Source: an uncultured Gammaproteobacteria bacterium
Lineage (GTDB): Bacteria; Patescibacteriota; Microgenomatia; JAMCZE01
Assembly (NCBI GenBank): GCA_964576435.1
Contig: CAZNUP010000002.1
Location: forward strand, 42,112 to 106,111
Length of the DNA stretch: 64,000 bases
Direction of reading: 5' to 3'
The position numbers were made by a program, and so were the translations under genes. The notes below the pieces were generated by a model that was not told the origin of the DNA, did not search any database, and worked only from the letters and a program-made list of their open reading frames with translations. The first letter of the stretch is position 1; each line of letters starts with the position of its first letter. Positions 52,013-61,517 of this stretch are shown here, in pieces.

Positions 52013-52570
52013 TTATTTTTTAATTAAGACTACTTGAATGTCCATTACAACATTTGTGTAATGCCTGAGTGCAAAGGCTTTGGCTTCTTCACTTCTCATT
52101 GCCCAATCTGGGGTGAAATCATATCCAAAAGAAAAATCAAAATCGCAATGTATTGGATAATGATCTAATTTGTTTTGTACTCTCCAATCTTTGTTGTAAT
52201 AGAGGAACGTGGCTTCGGAAATTACTCTTGTATGTGTGGGATCTTGCCAGGCGCGGACTGAGTTGTAATAGGGTGCACGAATTAAGGCTTTTGCCCCTGG
52301 CTTCATGATTCTATAAAGTTCCTCCATAAACTTTATGATGTCTTTTGTGTGCTCAATATAGTGACTGGAAAAAATTTCATCAACGCTATTGTCTGGAATT
52401 GGCCAGGGAAATTTCTCAAGGTCATAAACCATGTCAACTCCGTCTGACTTAGCAATATCGATGCCAAAGAAACCTGGGGCCTTGTTTTGCCCACAGCCAA
52501 TATCAAGCTTAAATGGTGAGGGAAAATTTAACGGGCTTTCTTTCTTTTTTGTTTTTATGTTTTTGGACAT
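52013..52570 (-). CDS. Class I SAM-dependent methyltransferase
   Basis: Motif I LDIGCGQNKAPG and motif II VDEIFSSHYIEH fit the Methyltransf_11/23-type fold. Confidence 0.65.
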   Translation of the reverse strand: MSKNIKTKKKESPLNFPSPFKLDIGCGQNKAPGFFGIDIAKSDGVDMVYDLEKFPWPIPDNSVDEIFSSHYIEHTKDIIKFMEELYRIMKPGAKALIRAPYYNSVRAWQDPTHTRVISEATFLYYNKDWRVQNKLDHYPIHCDFDFSFGYDFTPDWAMRSEEAKAFALRHYTNVVMDIQVVLIKK

Positions 52571-52582
52571 ATGCGAATTATA

Positions 52583-53299
52583 TTACCAGACTAAATCGTT
52601 TACTAGATCGTAGTTGCCAGCTTTAATTCTTGTATCGCAAGCAACTTTGTATCCAAGTTTTTGAATATTCTCGAAGAAAAAAAGATCAAGCATGTCATCT
52701 GGATTTTTGCCAGGGTGCCTTAAAAAAGGAGTTCTAAACCATGGTCTTGGAACTCTGGGGTCTCTGAAGATGTCCAATTTGAAAAGAGTGTAAGAGGTAG
52801 TTAAACCCAAGCATGGTTGGATGCCGTCAACAACAGAGGAAACGGTTTGAAATGATAAGGGAAAAGAATTTGGATGGCCAAAAATTTGTGGTTTACCTTC
52901 CTCTCCTTTTGACCAAATTAAACCGCCAACAACATCGTATTTGCCAATTGATTCAAAAAGACGAGGTAAGCCGTCCAAAGGTGGAAGGATGGTTTCTTCC
53001 AAAGTTAAAATATATTTAAAAGTACTAAGTCCGGGATTTGTTAGAATTTGTTCGATTGCAGCATTATAGGCAAAGTTTTTTTCAAGATTCATCATCATTA
53101 GGCGCATGAATTTTTGATTCATTTGGCTAATTTGATAGAGCCATCTTTCGGCAACTTTTGCGTGAATCGCTCCTGAGTTTGGGATGATGCAAATTGTTCC
53201 TAAGTCTTTATAGCTTTGGGAAGTATAAAGTCTATTTATAGAGGAATTTAAATCACTATTGTGTTTGCCTTGAAAATCGGGATAAGTCAGATCTACCAT
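52583..53299 (-). CDS. Putative GT-A-like glycosyltransferase (paralogue of the next gene)
   Basis: TICIIPNSG near the N-terminus; conserved DIFRDPRVPRPWF and KVACDTRIK..YD shared with the 53293 gene. Confidence 0.35.
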   Translation of the reverse strand: MVDLTYPDFQGKHNSDLNSSINRLYTSQSYKDLGTICIIPNSGAIHAKVAERWLYQISQMNQKFMRLMMMNLEKNFAYNAAIEQILTNPGLSTFKYILTLEETILPPLDGLPRLFESIGKYDVVGGLIWSKGEEGKPQIFGHPNSFPLSFQTVSSVVDGIQPCLGLTTSYTLFKLDIFRDPRVPRPWFRTPFLRHPGKNPDDMLDLFFFENIQKLGYKVACDTRIKAGNYDLVNDLVW

Positions 53300-54015
53300 A
53301 CAATGTCGTTTTCCGCATCATAGTGGCCGACTTTTATCCTTGTGTCACAAGCCACTTTATAATTAAGTTTTTTGATGTTTTCATAAAAATAGAGGTCTTG
53401 GCTATAGCCTCTAATGCCAACGTTTGGAGCAAATTCCTGGAGTGTTTTAAACCATGGTCTTGGAACTCTGGGGTCTCTGAAGATATCTTTTTTGAAAAGA
53501 TTGAATCCCATTCCTAGTCCATTGCATTCTTGAATGGTTTCCGGAATTGGAACTTGGGGAACAAAATTAATTTCCTCTCTTTTATGGTCGCCATAAATCA
53601 TTGGTTGGCCGGCGTCGCCTTTTGTCCAATATAGACCTCCCACAACATCAAATTTTTCCATACCTTCATAGAGCTTTAAGAGTCCGTCGGGAGGAGGCAT
53701 ATTGTCTTCTTCTAAAGTGAGGATATATTTCCAGGAACGAAGGATAGGATTTTCTAAAATTTGAGTGATTGCTTGAGTGTAGGCGGCGCCAACTTCCATG
53801 CCGATAACAAACATACGCATAAATTTTTGATTCATTGGCACCATTAAACCCCACCAGCTTTGCAAAACTTTGGCTGAAATCATGCCTCTCGTTGGGATAA
53901 TGCAGATGGTTGACAGATCTCTATAAAATTCATTGGTTGATAGTTTTTCAGATAAATCAACTGAAATTTGCGCAGGAGGGTCAAAATGGTCAATCACAAT
54001 TTGTGGTTTCGTCAT
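53293..54015 (-). CDS. Putative GT-A-like glycosyltransferase (paralogue of the previous gene)
   Basis: TICIIPTRG, ILTLEEDN (a DxD-like motif), DIFRDPRVPRPWF; overlaps its neighbour by 7 nt. Confidence 0.35.
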   Translation of the reverse strand: MTKPQIVIDHFDPPAQISVDLSEKLSTNEFYRDLSTICIIPTRGMISAKVLQSWWGLMVPMNQKFMRMFVIGMEVGAAYTQAITQILENPILRSWKYILTLEEDNMPPPDGLLKLYEGMEKFDVVGGLYWTKGDAGQPMIYGDHKREEINFVPQVPIPETIQECNGLGMGFNLFKKDIFRDPRVPRPWFKTLQEFAPNVGIRGYSQDLYFYENIKKLNYKVACDTRIKVGHYDAENDIVW

Positions 54016-54028
54016 AGCAGCGAGTTTA

Positions 54029-55171
54029 TCATGTGGAAACGAAAGTTACCGCTGGTAAAATGGTCGCTGTTGAGCCAGCACCACCTGTTGTTCCTAGTTC
54101 GCTTATGGTAATTGCAGTTGGAATGGCGGTTCCACCAAAACCTGCTCTTCCTGTGTTTGTTAGAAAGCCAACAATGTTTCTGCCCCACCAATTTGTGAAG
54201 GCAGAGTTGCTGGCACTCCAAGCCGTGGAGGCAACACCAATCGGCATCAACGAACCAGAGACCATATTTACCGGATTAATGGGTTGACCAATTATGCCTG
54301 CATTACTTAGGCCAAAGGTTGACCTGGTGTCGCCATTGCTTCTTAATTGCAGTAAGCCAATCCAATAAACACCACCTGTCAAGCTCGTCATATCGGCACC
54401 AAATTGTAAGCCAATAATTCTTGTTCCAGAGATGAATGATGACATAAGTCCTGTTGTTGTTAAGCCTGTGCTGCCATTAGTATTGAATGGTCCATACCCG
54501 TAGCCACTGGTCATGGTTGTCGTTGGAAAATTCCAAGTTACTGAGCGGCTATTTAAAGTTTGAGAAATGCCAAAAGAGTTACTGGTTATTAAACTTAGTG
54601 AGTTGTCATTTCTACTATAGAGTCCAAAATAGGAAAAGTGAGTGTGGCTAGCTGCTCCAATGGCGCTGGTTGCAAGGGACAATGAATTGCCAATTAGAAT
54701 TTGATTAAAGTTAAGGTTCGGGGGAATTGTTACTGGGAAAACAAAAAGCGAATTAGTTCCCGTGACTGAGGTGTAATTTGCAGCAATTGTTTGTAATCCA
54801 GTTTGGCCAGCTCCGGCAATGTGGACTGGAGCCCAGTAGGTGAGAGGGGCACTGGCATCGGTCATGGTTTTTTCGGTGATGGTGGCAGCGATTTGAAAGC
54901 CAACTTGAAAAGATTGGGAAGAAGAGCTTTCTTGGGTTCTTAAAATTGTAAAAGTGTCGACATCAATGTCTGTCACCCGGATAATTTCAGCATTGGTGGA
55001 AATTGGTTGGGTTCCCGATGGCCAGACAGTGGCATTAAAAGGAGGTGGGGGAAATTTTAATCCATCTCCAGCTTGCACTGTTAAAGTTGTTCCTGTCCCA
55101 GGATTTGTTGTGTCACCCTGGTTGGTTCCCCGAATTGTTGAATAGGCAAAGTTTCTATGTGCGTCAGCCAT
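54029..55171 (-). CDS. Tandem-paralogue hypothetical protein 3 of 3 (380 aa); candidate structural/glycan-acceptor protein
   Basis: Shares N-terminal ...FPPPPFNATVWPSGTQPISTNAEIIRVTD...DTFTILRTQE, a mid-region ...GYGYGPFNT... and C-terminal ATILPAVTFVST with the two upstream genes. It has no signal peptide or TM and is S/T/N/G-rich. Confidence 0.55.
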   Translation of the reverse strand: MADAHRNFAYSTIRGTNQGDTTNPGTGTTLTVQAGDGLKFPPPPFNATVWPSGTQPISTNAEIIRVTDIDVDTFTILRTQESSSSQSFQVGFQIAATITEKTMTDASAPLTYWAPVHIAGAGQTGLQTIAANYTSVTGTNSLFVFPVTIPPNLNFNQILIGNSLSLATSAIGAASHTHFSYFGLYSRNDNSLSLITSNSFGISQTLNSRSVTWNFPTTTMTSGYGYGPFNTNGSTGLTTTGLMSSFISGTRIIGLQFGADMTSLTGGVYWIGLLQLRSNGDTRSTFGLSNAGIIGQPINPVNMVSGSLMPIGVASTAWSASNSAFTNWWGRNIVGFLTNTGRAGFGGTAIPTAITISELGTTGGAGSTATILPAVTFVST

Positions 55172-55172
55172 C

Positions 55173-56291
55173 TTAAGTAGACATTACATTAGAATAAAAG
55201 GTAACAGTTGGCAAAATTGTGGCTGTTGAGTTGGCAGCTGAAGCACCAAGAGCTGATAAGTTAATGCTGTCTGGAACTGTGGTGCCACCAAAATTTCCAA
55301 GAGAAGTGGCAGTGACAAAAGCAACCATGTGTCGACCCCACCACTGGGTGCTGTTGCCAACATTTGTTCCGCCCCAAAGCGAAGCCACTGAACCTATGGG
55401 CAAAACACCGCTGACGCTGCCCGCAAGATGGGGAGGGTCAATTATTTGACCAATGACACCAGAGATAATTACTCCTGCTCCACTATTATTTGCTGTGCTT
55501 CTAAGTGACATGAGGCCAAGATAGTATATGCCGTTTGTTAGATGCATTTCACTGCCAAATTGCATCCCCACAGCTCTCGTTCCTGAGATGTAGTTAACAA
55601 TTTGAGCGGTGTTGCTCATTGCTAAAGTGTCATAACCATAACCGCTGGTGTTGGTTGTTGTTGGGAAACTCCAAGTTCGTGAGAGGCCGTTCATGCTTTC
55701 AGCGATTGAAAAAGACCCTGTGGCCATTAAAGACAATGCAGTGCTTGCGTTCATAGTATAGAGGCCAAAATAAGAATAGTATGAATTGCTGCCTTGGGCG
55801 TTACTTGTTGTATATGACATTGAGACTGGAAGAATGGCTTGGTTAAAATAGATATTGTTGTTGACAGTTACTGGAAAAACAAAAAGTGAGCCAGATGATG
55901 ATTGTCCTGAAGCAGAAGCTAAGGTTTGAAGTGAGGTAGCTGCAGCTGAAGAGTAAATAAATGGGGACCAAGTGGCAAATGAATTTTCAGCTTCGACTAA
56001 GGTTTGTGCTGTAATTGCTGCAGAAATTTGGTCACCAACAATAATGTTTTTGGCGTTAGTGTCCTCTTGCGCTCTTTCTACAGTAAATGTGTCAGTAGAT
56101 TTGGATACAACGAGCACTATTTCTGCATTTTCTGATGTGGGTTGTTCGCCTGTGGGCCAAATGGTAGCGTAAAAAGGAGTGTCTGGGAAAAGACTGCCAG
56201 TCCCTGCTGAAACTACTAATGAAGTGCCAGTATTGTTGGGTGTTGGGGCGGTGTCAATTGCTGATATGGCAAAATTATTGAAATTACTCAT
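55173..56291 (-). CDS. Tandem-paralogue hypothetical protein 2 of 3 (372 aa)
   Basis: ...SLFPDTPFYATIWPTGEQPTSENAEIVLVV...TFTVERAQE...; C-terminal TILPTVTFYSNVMST. Confidence 0.55.
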   Translation of the reverse strand: MSNFNNFAISAIDTAPTPNNTGTSLVVSAGTGSLFPDTPFYATIWPTGEQPTSENAEIVLVVSKSTDTFTVERAQEDTNAKNIIVGDQISAAITAQTLVEAENSFATWSPFIYSSAAATSLQTLASASGQSSSGSLFVFPVTVNNNIYFNQAILPVSMSYTTSNAQGSNSYYSYFGLYTMNASTALSLMATGSFSIAESMNGLSRTWSFPTTTNTSGYGYDTLAMSNTAQIVNYISGTRAVGMQFGSEMHLTNGIYYLGLMSLRSTANNSGAGVIISGVIGQIIDPPHLAGSVSGVLPIGSVASLWGGTNVGNSTQWWGRHMVAFVTATSLGNFGGTTVPDSINLSALGASAANSTATILPTVTFYSNVMST

Positions 56292-56295
56292 AATT

Positions 56296-57411
56296 TCATG
56301 TAGAAACCAAGCTTACTATTGGTAGGACCGTAGCAATAGTGTTTGCAGTTTGTAAGTTAGCAAGTTCGATTACGTTTGGTAACCTGGTGCCGCCAAATCC
56401 TTGCTGAGCGGTATTGGTGGCAAAGCCCATTATAAACCGACCATTCCAACCTGAGATTCGATTGTTGCTTTGAGCAAATTCTGCGGCTGCTTGACCTATT
56501 GGGTTCATGCCGCTAACTGAACCGGCCATGTTAATGGGATTTATTACTTGGCCGATAATTCCAGCATGGGAAAAACCTAGTGAAGAAACACTTCCGGCAG
56601 TACTTCTGTAGGTGAGAATTGCAAGCCAATAAATACCGCCTGTAATAGATAACTCAGTGTTAAATTGTAATTGCACTTTTCGGGCTCCTGATATAAGTGA
56701 AACCATTTGAGCTGTTGTGGAAATGTTACCAACTCCGGGAAAAGAAGTGCCATAAGCGTAGCCTGTTGTGGCGGTGCTTGTTGGATAGCTCCATGTTAGG
56801 CTGACACTGTTTAGAGTTTCAAGAATACTAAACGAATTAGAAGTGATGAGTTCCATAGTATTTGATGACATTGAATAGAGTCCAAAATTGGAAAAATAGG
56901 TGTTACTGACTCCGGCACTATTGGTGGTCATATACGACTGTGATTGGGCTATAACTATCTGATTAAAGCGCATGGGGAAGGGGAGAGTCATCGGGAAAAT
57001 AAAAATGGAACCGGTTCCTGTTGTAGAGGAATTTGCGGCAAGAGTCTGAACTCCGGTGCCTGCAGAGGCAGCGATTGTTGGAGCCCAGCTATTTATGTAG
57101 TAGTTTTCTAAATCAGTAAAGGTTTTGGCTGTTAAAGCGGCGGCAATTTGGTAACCTGATTGAAGGTTGATGCTTGCAGAGCCTTCCTGCTGACGGGTTA
57201 TTGTAAAGTTGTCTGATGCAATTCCTGTGACTCTAACTATTTCGGCATTAGTGCTAGTTGGTTGTGTGCCGCTTGGCCAAACAGTGGCATTGAAAGGCGG
57301 GGTTGGGAAAAGTGATCCCTGGCCAGTTTGAACATCTAAAGAAGTGCCACCAGTTCCTGGGGAATTGGCAAGAGTGGAATATGCGAAATTTGCGAATTGA
57401 TCGATTGCCAT
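56296..57411 (-). CDS. Tandem-paralogue hypothetical protein 1 of 3 (371 aa)
   Basis: ...SLFPTPPFNATVWPSGTQPTSTNAEIVRVTG...NFTITRQQE...; C-terminal TVLPIVSLVST. Confidence 0.55.
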   Translation of the reverse strand: MAIDQFANFAYSTLANSPGTGGTSLDVQTGQGSLFPTPPFNATVWPSGTQPTSTNAEIVRVTGIASDNFTITRQQEGSASINLQSGYQIAAALTAKTFTDLENYYINSWAPTIAASAGTGVQTLAANSSTTGTGSIFIFPMTLPFPMRFNQIVIAQSQSYMTTNSAGVSNTYFSNFGLYSMSSNTMELITSNSFSILETLNSVSLTWSYPTSTATTGYAYGTSFPGVGNISTTAQMVSLISGARKVQLQFNTELSITGGIYWLAILTYRSTAGSVSSLGFSHAGIIGQVINPINMAGSVSGMNPIGQAAAEFAQSNNRISGWNGRFIMGFATNTAQQGFGGTRLPNVIELANLQTANTIATVLPIVSLVST

Positions 57412-57421
57412 ATTTTAGAGA

Positions 57422-59167
57422 TTATTTTAGCATTTTTAAACGTCTTTGAGGTCTTGGAATTTCTAGTAATTCTCTTAAATTTTGCCAACCTTCTAGTGAA
57501 TCTATGTTTCCTTCTTGCCAGTTTATGAGGAGTTGTTGGTTTCTAAATTCTTCTTTTTGCCATCTGGCTTTGGTAGCATTTTCCCCGTGTTTGACGTCTA
57601 TATTTGGAAACTCTGATTTCCAGGTTTTTAAAGTGTAGATCGTTTGCCATTTAATTCTTTGGTGGGTCATAGGTTCAAAACCCATGTCAGCCGAGTAGCC
57701 TTGGCTTTTAATAAATGCTACGCGTTCTCTAAAATGAGTAATTAGTTCCTCCCGAAATCCACAAAGGCCCGATAATTGGTTTACATCATAGTGAAGTGTG
57801 TGACCATCGGATTTTCTTAGGAACCAAACATTTTGGTTATAGTAGAAAGAGTTTCTATCGTCTGGCGTAAAGTCAAAGTGGCTGGGATGGTAAAACACAT
57901 CATGTTCGCAAAAGAAAATGATGTCTGACTTGCTATTTTCTAACGCCCCAAGAATTTGAGTAAACATGGCTAAGGGACTTTTCTTAAGAGAGGGGAAACG
58001 AATGTTTTTAACTCCGAAATCCAGTTTTTTGAGAGTTGCGGAAACAATGGGGATGTTTTTTTCTGAACTAATTTTTTGCAATTGATCGCGAACGGGTTTG
58101 GCAATTTTTTCGTCTAGCTCGCTATCTGAATAGTAGATTATGCCTTTGGTTTTAGGGCTAGACATTGGTGATTCCTCAGTTGGTTCAATTTCAGCTGGTT
58201 TTGATTGATCGTTTGAATTCGAAAAGGTAAAAGTGTTGTTTTTTAGTTTTTCTAGATCCTCATTAGTCCAACCTTTAACTGGCCAAAACTTTTCAACAAG
58301 CCATGACAGGGGTTTTTTTTGGAGAGGCCATTTGTTATTAAAGAAAAGGTCTCTGGCATATTTTTTGGCGTATTCTTGATCTTTGCCTGAGATTGGATAG
58401 GGGAAACCAAAGTCACCACCTTGAGTTCTAAACATATGTGCATACCAAGTTTTTTTATTACAAAGAACACGACCACCTGAAAGCCAAGTTTTAACTGCAA
58501 CTTCAATTCCTTGTGAGCCCCAGCTACCAAAAGCTTCATCACAAATACCAAGTTCCCAATATTTTTCTCTAGTTAGCATCCAACAAGACCCTTGGAGAGA
58601 CATGGTTTCTGTTATTTCTCCTTGGCCTTCGGGACGTTTGCTGTAATCGCCGAAATATTGGAAGTGGGGTGTTGAGTCAAAACAATAGGAAATACTTTTT
58701 GGACTTTCTTTTGCTATCCAAACAACATCTCTTGTGGTTGGCTTTCCGCATTCCGTACAAGGACCTGATTTTCCTTGATATCTTCTATGGCCATTTTCGC
58801 AAATCCAATCAAAAGCGTGGAGATTTTTCATTAATGGAACCATAGTCCAATCAGATTGCATCTCACTAGTCATCTTTATATCAAACCCTTTGTCAAACGA
58901 ACAATGTGCATCACATTTCATTAAATATTTAGCTCGAGACAATTGAGCGGCTTCATTGGTTGCGGCTCTTTGACCAATGCTTTCATTGTGGTAAATAAGT
59001 GTCACTCGGTCGTCATCTTGGACCGGGGGATTGGCCCAAATACCATCTAAAACGGCGATTATTTCTGTGTTGCCTTCAATTTTTTCGAGAATATCCTGAA
59101 TTGTCCTTGCCAGGAACATTTCATTTCGGGCAGGGATGAGAATGGAAAGATCTGGGGTATTGGTCAT
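57422..59167 (-). CDS. Two-domain glycosyltransferase; the N-terminal GT-A domain has a D-x-H motif and a WGxxxxE...HMFR motif (GT27 polypeptide-GalNAc-transferase-like / GT2-like)
   Basis: LSILIPARNE, then YLMKCDAHCSFDKGFD (DxH), then WGSQGIEVAVKTWLSGGRVLCNKKTWYAHMFR (compare the ppGalNAc-T motif WGGENLEISFRIWQCGG...HVFR). It has no TM, so it is cytoplasmic. Confidence 0.55.
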   Translation of the reverse strand: MTNTPDLSILIPARNEMFLARTIQDILEKIEGNTEIIAVLDGIWANPPVQDDDRVTLIYHNESIGQRAATNEAAQLSRAKYLMKCDAHCSFDKGFDIKMTSEMQSDWTMVPLMKNLHAFDWICENGHRRYQGKSGPCTECGKPTTRDVVWIAKESPKSISYCFDSTPHFQYFGDYSKRPEGQGEITETMSLQGSCWMLTREKYWELGICDEAFGSWGSQGIEVAVKTWLSGGRVLCNKKTWYAHMFRTQGGDFGFPYPISGKDQEYAKKYARDLFFNNKWPLQKKPLSWLVEKFWPVKGWTNEDLEKLKNNTFTFSNSNDQSKPAEIEPTEESPMSSPKTKGIIYYSDSELDEKIAKPVRDQLQKISSEKNIPIVSATLKKLDFGVKNIRFPSLKKSPLAMFTQILGALENSKSDIIFFCEHDVFYHPSHFDFTPDDRNSFYYNQNVWFLRKSDGHTLHYDVNQLSGLCGFREELITHFRERVAFIKSQGYSADMGFEPMTHQRIKWQTIYTLKTWKSEFPNIDVKHGENATKARWQKEEFRNQQLLINWQEGNIDSLEGWQNLRELLEIPRPQRRLKMLK

Positions 59168-59173
59168 AGAGCT

Positions 59174-60088
59174 TTACCAAAGGAATGTCTTTTCAATTCC
59201 TTGATCTAGGGAAAGAGTTTTTCTCCCAGTTGCTTGGCGAAATTTTTGTGAATCTAGGACAGAATTTTTGAGCCTTAGATTGGATTCAATTGGGCCAAAA
59301 AACTGCTTTAGTGTTACAGGATTTACTTTGTTGGTTGGCACGTTTAGTTTTTTACAAACTTTTTGTGCTAGTTCGTAGGGACTTGCGATTTGACTTCCGG
59401 CAATATGATAAATTCCTTTTGCGCCGACATCCAAAAGTGCAATGGTTCCTTCTGTTAGATCATCAATATGGGTGAAAGCTATTTTTTGATCGGTGACAGC
59501 GTTTGTTTTTCCTTTATAGATAAGGTTGTTAACTATACCTTGAACCATGTTGCTGCCTAAACCTCCTTGGCCATAAGCAACAACGCCTCTAACTATTAGA
59601 AACCTCTTTAATCCTGAGTTTAAAACTAGGTCTTCAGCAATACTTTTTGTCTGGCCATACCAGTTTTTTGGTTCTTTGGTATCAGTTTCTTTGTAGCTAT
59701 CTTTTTCTCCTGAAAAAACGCATTCCGTTGAAAGTAGAACAAGTGTTTTACTATTTTCTTTGCAGTAGTTAATTATATTTTGGGTCCCTACAACATTTAC
59801 TTGCCAAGCCAGACTATCTTGACCTAAATTTTTTTCTAGTTCACATCTATCTATATGAGCATAGGCTGCAGCGTGAATTACTATGTTGGCGTCACTTTTA
59901 AGAGTCATAGGCTTAGTCAGGTCGCGCCTTACATATGTTGTTAATTTGGAAGAGTTTTTGGGTGGGGGAGTTTGGTGGTAAACGCCAAGGACTTTATTCT
60001 TGTCAAGATTATCTAAAAATCTTCTTCCTATAAAACCGGCAACGCCGGTTATTATGTAGCTATCTGATTTTTTGGTCTTTTTCTTCAT
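59174..60088 (-). CDS. NAD-dependent sugar epimerase/dehydratase (SDR family)
   Basis: Rossmann motif TGVAGFIG near the N-terminus; about 300 aa; it sits within the GT/MT cluster. Confidence 0.65.
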   Translation of the reverse strand: MKKKTKKSDSYIITGVAGFIGRRFLDNLDKNKVLGVYHQTPPPKNSSKLTTYVRRDLTKPMTLKSDANIVIHAAAYAHIDRCELEKNLGQDSLAWQVNVVGTQNIINYCKENSKTLVLLSTECVFSGEKDSYKETDTKEPKNWYGQTKSIAEDLVLNSGLKRFLIVRGVVAYGQGGLGSNMVQGIVNNLIYKGKTNAVTDQKIAFTHIDDLTEGTIALLDVGAKGIYHIAGSQIASPYELAQKVCKKLNVPTNKVNPVTLKQFFGPIESNLRLKNSVLDSQKFRQATGRKTLSLDQGIEKTFLW

Positions 60089-60930
60089 AGTGTTTCTTTA
60101 GGTAGGGGAGAGAATTTTTCTACTAACCAAGAAAAGTCGTGAACTCGTTCTTTCCATTTGTTATTTAGCCAGTAGTCAGCAGCAAACTCTCTGCCCTGTT
60201 TAATTCCCTCATTATATGCTCTTTGTTCCTGGTGGGTGAAGCCATAGCCTCTACTATCTCTATGCCAGTGGGCATACCAAGTTTTTTTGTTTACAACGAC
60301 CCTTCCTCCTGAAAGCCAAGCTTTATTGCCAATTTCTTGGGCCTCATTGGCAAAACTTCCGTAAGCTTGGTCATCCATGGGGCCAATTACATCCCAGAAG
60401 AAGTCTTTTTTTAAAAACCAACAGGAACCTTGAAAGGTCATGGTGTCATCGATTAGTATGTCTTTTCTTTCTTCTGCACGTTGTTTCCATTCGTTACCAT
60501 GAAGATAGCCGTCTTTGTTTTCTAGATACATGTAATCAATTGGTGGGCGTCCGTCTTTAATTATTTGCCAATTGTCGGCATCAAGCCTGTATCTTCTTGG
60601 AATTACAACCCAATTATCTGAAGAGTCGGCGATGAGTTTTTGGTCAAACCCTTCATCAAACATGCAATGTTCGTCTGTTTTCATTAGATAGGTTCCTTTA
60701 GCAATTGCCATGCCGGCATTTATGCCAGCGCGCATGCCTTTTCCCATCCCAGGTTTTCCTTGATGAATGACTTTTATTCTTGAATCCGTCCAGTTATATT
60801 CTTTGGGCCAATAGCCATCGAGGACGACAACCACTTCAACATTTCCTTTTGCTTTAGAAAGGATGTCGTCTATGGTTTTTTGCAAATAATCCTCAGTCCG
60901 ACTGGGGATAATAACAGAGAGATCTATCAT
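60085..60930 (-). CDS. GT-A glycosyltransferase with D-x-H and WGxxxxE motifs (GT27-like / GT2-like), paralogue of 57422 and 63293
   Basis: LSVIIPSRTE, YLMKTDEHCMFDEGFD, FANEAQEIGNKAWLSGGRVVVNKKTWYAHWHR. Confidence 0.55.
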   Translation of the reverse strand: MIDLSVIIPSRTEDYLQKTIDDILSKAKGNVEVVVVLDGYWPKEYNWTDSRIKVIHQGKPGMGKGMRAGINAGMAIAKGTYLMKTDEHCMFDEGFDQKLIADSSDNWVVIPRRYRLDADNWQIIKDGRPPIDYMYLENKDGYLHGNEWKQRAEERKDILIDDTMTFQGSCWFLKKDFFWDVIGPMDDQAYGSFANEAQEIGNKAWLSGGRVVVNKKTWYAHWHRDSRGYGFTHQEQRAYNEGIKQGREFAADYWLNNKWKERVHDFSWLVEKFSPLPKETL

Positions 60931-60956
60931 GTGGGTAAGTTTTTAGGGCAGAAGAA

Positions 60957-61481
60957 TTACGTGTTCCATTTTTTGACGAACCACCAGGTGACGTCTTCTT
61001 TTGGATGTGAGGTAACATTTAAACTTAGTGAATGGGATTTGACATAACCATCAACAGCTAAGATTACACTCGAATTATTAGCGGCATTATAGTTATTTCC
61101 AGCAATTATGCCACCCTTTTTTACTTTTTTTGACCAGGCTAGAAGATCTGTTATCACATAATCAAATTTTGGATTAGCATCAATATAGACGAAATCTAGT
61201 GCACCATCTGGAAAACTTCTTAGAGCGTCCATACTGGTTTTTCTGACAAGAGTCGCGTTATATGGGCGAAGTCTTTTTTTGGCAAAATCATATTTTCCAT
61301 ACATGACATGATTTTTTACATTGCCGTTTACCCAAGGATCAATGCCGTAGTATTTTAAACCAGGAATAGCTTTGCAAAGTGTTTCAGCAAAATCTCCTGC
61401 GTAGACACCAATTTCAGCACCAATTTTGAAGCCAAGTTTGTTGAAGTATTTAGCTAGATCGCCTCTGGATTTAACTTCCAT
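60957..61481 (-). CDS. Class I SAM-dependent O-methyltransferase (Methyltransf_24 / TylF-like)
   Basis: EIGVYAGDFAETL (motif I) and LDFVYIDANPKFDYVITDL...GGIIAGNNY. Confidence 0.55.
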   Translation of the reverse strand: MEVKSRGDLAKYFNKLGFKIGAEIGVYAGDFAETLCKAIPGLKYYGIDPWVNGNVKNHVMYGKYDFAKKRLRPYNATLVRKTSMDALRSFPDGALDFVYIDANPKFDYVITDLLAWSKKVKKGGIIAGNNYNAANNSSVILAVDGYVKSHSLSLNVTSHPKEDVTWWFVKKWNT

Positions 61482-61517
61482 ATGTTTCTTACATTTTATG
61501 TTATCACATTTATTTTT

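Noticed and set aside
57422-59167. Calling the GT-A enzymes outright polypeptide GalNAc-transferases (GT27)
   Set aside because: The D-x-H and WGxxxxE...HxFR motifs are also compatible with some GT2/GT7-type enzymes. Without profile searches or structure, only a GT27-like motif resemblance is claimed.
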